DNA from: Myxococcota bacterium
GTDB lineage: Bacteria; Myxococcota; XYA12-FULL-58-9; JALHOP01
Assembly (NCBI GenBank): GCA_041288095.1
Contig: JBGGMJ010000147.1
Location: forward strand, 1 to 12,295
DNA: 12,295 bases
Direction: 5' to 3'
The notes under the pieces were generated by a model that saw only the letters and a list, made by a program, of their open reading frames with translations, made no database searches and was not told the origin of the DNA. The position numbers and the translations under genes were made by a program. Position 1 is the stretch's first letter. Every line of letters starts with the position of its first letter. Below are positions 1-8,508 of the stretch, piece by piece.

Positions 1-2
1 GA

Positions 3-17
3 TGGCACCGATAAGGC
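3..17 (+). promoter_or_regulatory. Candidate alternative-sigma promoter element (sigma28 -10-like ACCGATAA, or sigma54-like GG-N10-GC)
   Basis: TGGCACCGATAAGGC: ACCGATAA (7-14) matches GCCGATAA at 7/8. The same bases read TGGCAC-N5-AGGC, which has correct sigma54 spacing but lacks the TT. A sigma28 -35 would lie outside the window. Confidence 0.3.
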
Positions 18-43
18 GGTGCTCATCGCCTTTGGATCTAGCG

Positions 44-355
44 ATGACACTCGCAGCGAACGATCGCTTGCTGACATTCAAAGAGGCGCTACGAGGGCGC
101 ATAAGCCACGCCTGGGAGCGTGAGGATTATGCGGCCGGCACGCGATCCGACTTGCGAAGCGAAGCCCTGCGGTTCGCGAAGGACGGCATCTTGACGCCGT
201 CCCAAGCCGAGGCGATCCGCGGCTTGTCTCCCGATCGCCTCGCATTCCAGATCCGCAAGATTCGCGAAGTGGGCGGTCCCATCAGCGACGGCATGTTCGC
301 GGCGATCAACCAAGCGGGCGAGAGTTACTACGTCGCCATCAATCGCCATCGCTGA
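44..355 (+). CDS. Hypothetical protein (103 aa from ATG 44). The frame is open from the window edge, so it could instead be the 3' part of a longer gene.
   Basis: Open frame 2..355 with a natural helical-looking composition (MTLAANDRLLTFKEALRGRI...YYVAINRHR). ATG 44 follows a weak GGA and promoter-like motifs at 3-17. No family recognised. Confidence 0.55.
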   Translation: MTLAANDRLLTFKEALRGRISHAWEREDYAAGTRSDLRSEALRFAKDGILTPSQAEAIRGLSPDRLAFQIRKIREVGGPISDGMFAAINQAGESYYVAINRHR

Positions 356-572
356 GTGACTGCAGCTCGGACTGCTTGACCGCGATATCCCCGCCGCTCT
401 GTAAATCGACGAGATATTCGGGGTCAGGCGCCTTGGTGAGCGGGAACGCTATCGTCCCCGGCTCAGCCTTGCCGTCGATGACCACGCGCACTGGATGGTT
501 CGGTCCGAACTTGAAGGGTGGCTTCAACGGACCGCTGCTCCAGGCGTCGAGGTCGAGCTTCGAGAGAGCCAT
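339..572 (-). CDS. Small hypothetical protein, probable SH3-like/KOW-type beta-barrel (77 aa)
   Basis: ATG lies 2 nt after the methyltransferase stop (TGA GC ATG). The pattern FKFGPNHPVRVV..GTI..EYLVDLQSGGDIAVKQSEL resembles small SH3-like barrels. Its 3' end overlaps the convergent ORF by 17 bp. Confidence 0.7.
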   Translation of the reverse strand: MALSKLDLDAWSSGPLKPPFKFGPNHPVRVVIDGKAEPGTIAFPLTKAPDPEYLVDLQSGGDIAVKQSELQSLSDGD

Positions 573-574
573 GC

Positions 575-1585
575 TCAGGCGGCAACGCCTTCGGCGATAG
601 CCACCGGCCCCATCGTGCGAATGAAGCGCGATTGACGCATGCCCGCTTTCGCGAACAGCTCCGCGAACTGACCCTCGGTGCGCTCGCGGCCATCCACCAT
701 GACCAGCATGTTGAGGTCCACGAAATGCGCGAGGGACGGTGATGCGTCGTGCGGCAGCTCGAAGTCGATGACCAGCACCTTCGACGTCGGCTTCATGGCC
801 TTCTTCACGCTCTTCAAGATGGCGATGCTCTTCTCGTCATTCCAATCATGGATGATGTGCTTGAGCAGGTAGATGTCGGCGCCGGCAGGCACCGACTCGA
901 AGAAGCTACCGCCGACCATCTCGATGCGGGGGGCGAGCTTGGTTTTCGCGACGGCTGCCTTCGAGCCCTCGATGACGTGCGGCAAGTCGAAGAGAACGCC
1001 GCTCGCCTGCGGATGATCGGCGAGGATGGCTTGCAGCAAGGCGCCGTGAGCTCCGCCGATGTCCGCGATCTTGGCGGCGCCTGAGAAGTCGTAGCTCGCG
1101 AGCACCGCGCCGATCGCCATCTCCGACGCGCCGGTCATGGCGCGGCTAAAGGCCTCGGCGTCTTCCGGGTGTTCGCGATAGTAATCCCAGGCATCCATGC
1201 CGAGCGCTTCGGTCGTCATCTTCCGGCCCTCTTTGATGGCGCGCGGGAACATGCCCCACGCCTGCCAATGCGCGCGATCGGTCTCGGCGATCATGAACCA
1301 GCGCACCGAGCCGGGAACATCCGACCGCAGCGTCTCGCCGAGCGGCGTGAGCCCGAACTCTTGGCCCGACATGGTGAAGACGCCGATGCTCGCGAGGGCG
1401 CGCATCACGCGAAACACCGCGTCTGGATTCGCTTCGGAGCGCTTGGCGATCGCATCGGCGGTTTTGGCGCCGGCGGCGATGTGATCGGCGACACCGAGCC
1501 GCGCGACGGTTCCCAGGGCCTGAGCGACCCAGGAGCCCATGACCATCTGAAGCATTTGAACCTGCGGTGGAAGCTGAGCGTCCAT
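575..1585 (-). CDS. SAM-dependent O-methyltransferase (Methyltransf_2/COMT-ASMT type, with N-terminal dimerisation domain)
   Basis: IADIGGAHG SAM-binding motif, LFDLPHV, GSFFESVP, KHIIHDW catalytic His-Asp and GRERT motif. GGAG RBS upstream of the ATG. Confidence 0.95.
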   Translation of the reverse strand: MDAQLPPQVQMLQMVMGSWVAQALGTVARLGVADHIAAGAKTADAIAKRSEANPDAVFRVMRALASIGVFTMSGQEFGLTPLGETLRSDVPGSVRWFMIAETDRAHWQAWGMFPRAIKEGRKMTTEALGMDAWDYYREHPEDAEAFSRAMTGASEMAIGAVLASYDFSGAAKIADIGGAHGALLQAILADHPQASGVLFDLPHVIEGSKAAVAKTKLAPRIEMVGGSFFESVPAGADIYLLKHIIHDWNDEKSIAILKSVKKAMKPTSKVLVIDFELPHDASPSLAHFVDLNMLVMVDGRERTEGQFAELFAKAGMRQSRFIRTMGPVAIAEGVAA

Positions 1586-1597
1586 GTCTTTCTCCAG

Positions 1598-1619
1598 TGA
1601 GTTACTTCAGTTGAATGAG

Positions 1620-1627
<8 letters not shown>
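1598..1627. repeat. 12-bp perfect direct repeat TGAGTTACTTCA x2 (period 18), one copy overlapping the leuS stop codon
   Basis: Copies at 1598-1609 and 1616-1627, read directly from the sequence. Confidence 0.85.
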
Positions 1628-4178
<2,551 letters not shown>

Positions 4179-4244
4179 GCGGCTGCTGACGTAGCACGCC
4201 GAGTGTTTTCAAGGCGAGTGATGGGCTCGCCGAGGGGGAGACAG

Positions 4245-5456
4245 GTGTTTGCCGCAGGCAAACGAACTCTAGTTGCAGTCACGTGCGCCATGCTGACCCT
4301 CTCCGGGTGCGCGCATGCCTCGCTCGACGAAGCCCGCGCCGCCTACGTTGCCGGCGACCTCAAGCGCAGCGCTGCCTTGCTCGGGGAAATCGATCCGCAA
4401 TCAGACGCCGACAAACGCGCCGTCACCGAGCTGTCGCGCGCCGTCGACAACGAGACGAAGCGCGTCGTCGACAGTCTGCTCGCCGACGCGGGTCGCGCCC
4501 GCTCACGTGGTGACGCCGGCAGCCAGGGCTACACCGAGGCCATCGGCTTCTACGAAGCGGCCCTCGGCATGATGACCCGCGAGACCGACATCAAACACCT
4601 GCGCACGTCGCTGCAGCGCGCGAACGAGTTTCAAGAGAAGCGCGTGAAGACCTTCCGCGCGACGCAGCAGAAGCTCGAGGCATCCACCAAGTGTCAGGGC
4701 GCAACGCAGCGCGAGCTCGTCTTCGACCTGTGGAGCCAGCGCCGCGCCTGCGACAATAGCGAGTCTCTGGTGCCGTTGGTGACCAAGCTCGCCGAGACCT
4801 GCGCCAAGGCGGAGCGCTACGACGATGCCTTGCGCTTGCGTAACGTGCTCGATGACGCCGGCATGGTCGAGCAGACCCGCACCGGGGTGAATCTCGACAA
4901 GTGGTCCGCTGAAGCGCAGCGCTGGTTCGCCCTCGTCGAGGTGCGCGCGGAAGAGCGCGCCCTGCGGACCGCGACGACGACCACGGCGCCGACCGCTACT
5001 TTCAGCCCTATTGCCGCCGCCACCGCCGCGATGAACGCCAAGGACGAGCCCGACGTACGCCGCCGCCGTCGCGCGGATCCGCCAAAGCAGACAGGCGCCG
5101 CCGCCCAGGCTGCTCCGGCTGGGCCCAGTCGCGCCGAGGCGACGCTAATCCGTGCCCGCAAGCTCTATGAGAACGGTGTCGTCTTCGACGCGCTGCTCGC
5201 CATCGACGCCGCCATGAGCGAGGACCTTACCGACGCCGATCGGGCGAAGCTCGAGGCGCAGGAATCCGCTTGGGCACCCGAGCGCAAACGCCTCATCGAG
5301 GAATACCTACGCCGCGGCGAAAACGCCTTGCGCGAGGAGCAAATCGAAAGCGCCTATGCGTGGTACCAGCGCATCCTCACGCTCGACCCCAGTCATGAGG
5401 TCGCTCAGGACCGCGCCCGTCGCCTCGATCGCCTGAAGTCACTGCGCGACAACTGA
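4245..5456 (+). CDS. Predicted lipoprotein with TPR-like helical repeats
   Basis: GTG 4245 follows GAGGGGGAG and gives the signal MFAAGKRTLVAVTCAMLTLSG-C (lipobox LSGC). C-terminal TPR-like pair YLRRGENALREEQIESAYAWYQRILTLDPSHEVA and a Thr/Ala-rich linker. ATG 4221 is an alternative start. Confidence 0.85.
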   Translation: MFAAGKRTLVAVTCAMLTLSGCAHASLDEARAAYVAGDLKRSAALLGEIDPQSDADKRAVTELSRAVDNETKRVVDSLLADAGRARSRGDAGSQGYTEAIGFYEAALGMMTRETDIKHLRTSLQRANEFQEKRVKTFRATQQKLEASTKCQGATQRELVFDLWSQRRACDNSESLVPLVTKLAETCAKAERYDDALRLRNVLDDAGMVEQTRTGVNLDKWSAEAQRWFALVEVRAEERALRTATTTTAPTATFSPIAAATAAMNAKDEPDVRRRRRADPPKQTGAAAQAAPAGPSRAEATLIRARKLYENGVVFDALLAIDAAMSEDLTDADRAKLEAQESAWAPERKRLIEEYLRRGENALREEQIESAYAWYQRILTLDPSHEVAQDRARRLDRLKSLRDN

Positions 5457-5507
5457 GGGTACTGGCACGACGTCCATAGCCTACAGGGTGCAGTGTAGAG
5501 CCCGCAC

Positions 5508-6113
5508 TCACACCTGACGCTGGGCCCCACCGTGCTCGGCTCCGCGCACCACCAGCTCGACGATCTGCTCGAGCGTCTGTCGGGGAAGTCGCTGACGCGT
5601 GCGCAAGGTCAGGGTCACGACCTGCGTGAAAACGACGTCGAGCATGAAGTGTGCGTCGGTCCCCACTGGCAGCTCTCCGCGGTTGATGGCGTGCTCCACG
5701 ACGGCAGCCTGCTTGTCGTAAAACTCGTGGCGCAGGTCGAGCAGCAACCTATCGACTTCGGGCTCCTGGGTCTGCAGGAGGCCTCTGGTGTCGCGATACT
5801 GGATGCTGGCGCAGTATTCGCAAGCTCGCTCGAGAGCGAGGATGAGGTCGGTGCGCAGCGTGCCTTCGTCGGGCGGCGCCTCGACCATGACAGGCCGCGC
5901 GCGCAGGGCGGCGGCCACGAGCGCGAGCTTGGTGGGCCAACGGCGGTAAACCGAGGTCTTGTTGACGCCGGCGGCGCTAGCGACCGCGTCCACGCGAAAT
6001 CCATCGTAGCCCGAACGCGTCAGCTCGCTCACGGCGGCTGACAATACGGAGCTCACCACACGGGCGCTTCGCCCACCTGTGCGACTCATGCCTGTACGGC
6101 GCGTAAGGCTCAT
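5508..6113 (-). CDS. TetR/AcrR family transcriptional regulator (TetR_C_11-like C-terminus)
   Basis: RTGGRSARV N-terminus, HTH FRVDAVASAAGVNKTSVYRRWPTK, PDEGTLRTDL and AINRGELP motifs. ATG 6089 is an alternative start. Confidence 0.95.
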   Translation of the reverse strand: MSLTRRTGMSRTGGRSARVVSSVLSAAVSELTRSGYDGFRVDAVASAAGVNKTSVYRRWPTKLALVAAALRARPVMVEAPPDEGTLRTDLILALERACEYCASIQYRDTRGLLQTQEPEVDRLLLDLRHEFYDKQAAVVEHAINRGELPVGTDAHFMLDVVFTQVVTLTLRTRQRLPRQTLEQIVELVVRGAEHGGAQRQV

Positions 6114-6121
6114 GGGCGCCG

Positions 6122-6151
6122 ACTATCGCAATCCCGGCTGCGATCGCGCAA
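6122..6151 (-). promoter_or_regulatory. Candidate sigma70-type promoter of the tetR gene with an overlapping palindromic operator
   Basis: Minus strand reads TTGCGC-N18-GATAGT with an extended TG, 8 nt before ATG 6113 and with no RBS. The palindrome ATCGCA-N8-TGCGAT (6125-6144) spans the spacer. Confidence 0.5.
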
Positions 6152-6298
6152 GTCACGGGAGGCCGTCGCGGCATCGTTGGCCGCCGACTTGCATGGTGCA
6201 ATCCCGTTCAGGTTTCGCAGTCTCGTGTCGATGAACGGAATGCACCCCCCAGGGAGCTCGGCTAGTCTTGGTCGTTCCGCAGACGCGGAAATGGTCGG
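6148..6298. other. Cluster of back-to-back inverted repeats (possible structured RNA or 5' leader)
   Basis: GCAAGTC 6148-6154 / GACTTGC 6186-6192; GGTGCAATCCCGTTCA 6195-6210 / TGAACGGAATGCACC 6232-6246; TTCCGC 6275-6280 / GCGGAA 6285-6290. Confidence 0.5.
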
Positions 6299-6365
6299 GG
6301 GCTTGGGGAAACGCACGCGGAGTCGTAACAGCGTGAGTAGAGGACTCGAGCACCGGCACGGCTTC

Positions 6366-7349
6366 ATGCCCGCGCGTACGATTCGCGTGGGCGCCGCGGC
6401 TGTTTGCTATGGCGGACTCGTTCTGCTCGTCCTCACACTACCGACGACGGCGCGCGCCCAAAGCTTCATGAGCATCGGCTCCGAGGAGGGAGTCCGCGAG
6501 GTCGCGCCCGATCTCGACGACAGCGACGCCGATTCCGAAGACCCGGTCGCGAAACCGACCGCGGGCGTCGGCAGCGTCAACTACGAGCAGCACGCGGCGT
6601 CGGGCACGCGCGAAGGCAGCCAGCACGGCATGGTCGCGATGGATCAGCTCTCGGTGAGCACCGGCTTCCCGATCTTCTTCGATGGACCGCGCACCATGCT
6701 CGCGGTCGGCCTCATGTATGGGCGCACCAACTTCGAATACACCGGCGGCACCGAGGTCGGCGCCGACGTGCTCCACACGTTCAAGACGACGCTCACCTTC
6801 CGTCACGAGCTCGCCGAACGCTGGACCTTGCTCTTGCGCTACGTGCCGAACCTCAACACCAACATGAACGACGTCACCATGGGCCATGTGACGCACGGCG
6901 CGCAGGTCATCACGACGTACTCGCTGGGCCCCAACGAGACTCTCTACTTGGGCCTCGCGTTTTCGCAGCAGTTGCCGATGTACGTGTTGCCCGGCGCCGG
7001 CTACGAGCTCTTCAGCGGTCGCTGGCACGTGGAGATTCGCGCCCCCGAGAAGGTCGAGCTCGGCTACATGCTCACGCCGCGCGTCGAGGTCGGCGCGACC
7101 GCGCGTTACCAGAACACCTTGTTCGGTATCGGTGGTGTCTCGCAGCTCGACCGCATCAGCTACACGACCGCTTGGGCCGGAGCGACGCTCGATGTGCGGG
7201 TGTTCGCCGGCCTCCACGTGCGGGCAGCGCTGGGCCGCACCGTCGTGCGCCGCTTCCGTGGCCGCGACGACGGCGAAGAGACCCGGGCCATTGCGCTCGA
7301 GCAGACCATGGTGGGCCGGGTCGCCGTTGCCTACGAGGTCGACCGCTAG
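6366..7349 (+). CDS. Predicted outer-membrane beta-barrel protein (resembles the DUF6268 family)
   Basis: Sec signal ending PTTARA-Q, followed by many amphipathic strands with aromatic residues (MLAVGLMYGRTNFEY, LYLGLAFS, VLPGAGYEL, VEVGATARY, LHVRAALG). The family call is from recalled resemblance only. GTG 6333 is an alternative start. Confidence 0.8.
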   Translation: MPARTIRVGAAAVCYGGLVLLVLTLPTTARAQSFMSIGSEEGVREVAPDLDDSDADSEDPVAKPTAGVGSVNYEQHAASGTREGSQHGMVAMDQLSVSTGFPIFFDGPRTMLAVGLMYGRTNFEYTGGTEVGADVLHTFKTTLTFRHELAERWTLLLRYVPNLNTNMNDVTMGHVTHGAQVITTYSLGPNETLYLGLAFSQQLPMYVLPGAGYELFSGRWHVEIRAPEKVELGYMLTPRVEVGATARYQNTLFGIGGVSQLDRISYTTAWAGATLDVRVFAGLHVRAALGRTVVRRFRGRDDGEETRAIALEQTMVGRVAVAYEVDR

Positions 7350-7381
7350 GGCCCGTTTGGGCGCTTCTGACCCCGTGGCAC

Positions 7382-7408
7382 GCAACCTTGGGCCCCTCCC
7401 GCCGATAC
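7382..7408 (+). promoter_or_regulatory. Candidate sigma28 (FliA-type) promoter
   Basis: GCAA (7382-7385)-N15-GCCGATAC (7401-7408) versus consensus TAAA-N15-GCCGATAA. It is intergenic and correctly oriented for the downstream ORF. Confidence 0.45.
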
Positions 7409-7463
7409 AGAGTTGCTGATTCGCGACCAGGGCGACGTGCGCCCGCAATCCGGGAGAGATGTT

Positions 7464-8507
7464 GTGGACGCAACCCGACCAGGCCCCAGGGCCGAACCGC
7501 ACCTCAGAGGCGAAGCGGCAGGTGAGCCGCCATTGCGTGCCCGTCGCGTCGATGTGCCGCAGACCGAAGGGGCAGCCCCGGTTTTCGTCCGCGCGGGCGA
7601 GGAGCGCGCCGCCGCTGATGCCATCGAGACCGTCAAGTCGAAGCTCGGCTGGGTTGGTGAGTGGGCCAAATCGGCGGGCAAGTTCGGTGTCGGCATCGCC
7701 GCTTTGACCGGCATCGTCACCGCCGTCGGCCATGTCGCGGGCGTCGATGTGCCGAGTGCGACCTCCCTCCTCTTCAACGGCGCCATCGTCGCTGTTGGCT
7801 ACAAGCCGCTCGAGTGGGGCGGCGCCAAGCTCTGCAGCGTCGCTGGCAAAGGCGTTTCCTGGGCCAAGGAAAAGTGGGCCGAACGCGCTACGAAGCGGGC
7901 GGAGGCCGCCGAGCTCCGTGAGCAGGAGAAGGTGCGCCGCACGCGCGGGCCCGAGGTTCGCGACGACGCCCCGTATTTCGACGACCGCCCAGTGGGCGAA
8001 GCTCAGGGTGTCCAGCCCGGGCCAGCCGAGGTCACGACGGACGAAATCGTCGAGGCGGTTCGCCGCTTGGCCGCACGTGATTTCGCGACCATGAACCCGC
8101 AGGCCACGGAGGCGCCGCCGGAGATTCCGCGCGAGCAGGTCGAGGCCTTCGCGGGCCAGCTCGCACAGGGTGTCGGCAATCCAGAGGTCGATCAGGTTCT
8201 GCAACACATTCGCGCCACCGTCATGGAGATGCGACGCGAACAGGCCGCCGCCGGTGGAGCCGCGCCAGGCGAGGCCGAGCCTGTCGCCCGATCAGCGCAG
8301 CCACCGCAGGCAGCGGAGCCGCGCGATGCAGCGCCGCCCGAGCCTCCTGCCGCCGCGCCGCGCAAGCGCCGACGACGTGAACCGACCGCCAAGCCCGGTG
8401 AGCCGCGTCAGCCCAATGCCACCGTGGCCCCAGCGCCGCAGCCAAGAACTCCCGTGCGTGGCGAGGGCGCGGGCTACCGCATCGTGCCGGACGAGCCGCG
8501 CGCGTAA
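7464..8507 (+). CDS. Hypothetical protein with two Gly/Ala-rich hydrophobic segments and Pro/Ala-rich disordered termini (347 aa)
   Basis: GTG 7464 lies 7 nt after GGGAG, and codon usage is GC3-rich. Hydrophobic stretches FGVGIAALTGIVTAVGHVAGV and ATSLLFNGAIVAVGY. No Sec signal. The stop is 1 bp from the convergent protease stop. Confidence 0.8.
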   Translation: MDATRPGPRAEPHLRGEAAGEPPLRARRVDVPQTEGAAPVFVRAGEERAAADAIETVKSKLGWVGEWAKSAGKFGVGIAALTGIVTAVGHVAGVDVPSATSLLFNGAIVAVGYKPLEWGGAKLCSVAGKGVSWAKEKWAERATKRAEAAELREQEKVRRTRGPEVRDDAPYFDDRPVGEAQGVQPGPAEVTTDEIVEAVRRLAARDFATMNPQATEAPPEIPREQVEAFAGQLAQGVGNPEVDQVLQHIRATVMEMRREQAAAGGAAPGEAEPVARSAQPPQAAEPRDAAPPEPPAAAPRKRRRREPTAKPGEPRQPNATVAPAPQPRTPVRGEGAGYRIVPDEPRA

Positions 8508-8508
8508 A

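Noticed and set aside
5457..5507. Possible terminator or sigma54 site between the convergent lipoprotein and tetR genes
   Set aside because: Only a 5-bp stem (CTACA/TGTAG) with no U tract. TGGCACG has no -12 element and no gene to drive.
6193..6260. GGTGCAATCCC resembling the T-loop of a cobalamin riboswitch or tRNA
   Set aside because: The flanking cobalamin motifs (GGGAA before, GCCCCCGCAACTGT after) and a tRNA cloverleaf are absent. No SRP, 6S, tmRNA or RNase P signature was recognised.
6177..6365. N-terminal extension of the 390-aa ORF, and small ORFs 6110-6367 and 6153-6359
   Set aside because: The signal peptide begins near 6366. The upstream translations look non-protein-like and cover the regulatory region.
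7376..7391. Sigma54-like TGGCACG-CAACC-TTGG (and TGGCATA-GCCCG-TTGA on the minus strand at 10533-10548)
   Set aside because: Both have one base too many between the elements and lack the -12 GC. Sigma54 spacing is strict.
6404..7525. 373-aa Arg-rich + strand ORF and similar alternative-frame ORFs (e.g. 2292-3005, 9070-9798, 11499-12275)
   Set aside because: These are off-frame or antisense artefacts of GC-rich coding sequence overlapping confidently assigned genes.
6438..8207. 589-aa minus-strand ORF
   Set aside because: It is the antisense shadow of two well-supported + strand genes. Long stop-free antisense frames are expected with GC3-rich codons, and it has no recognisable motifs.
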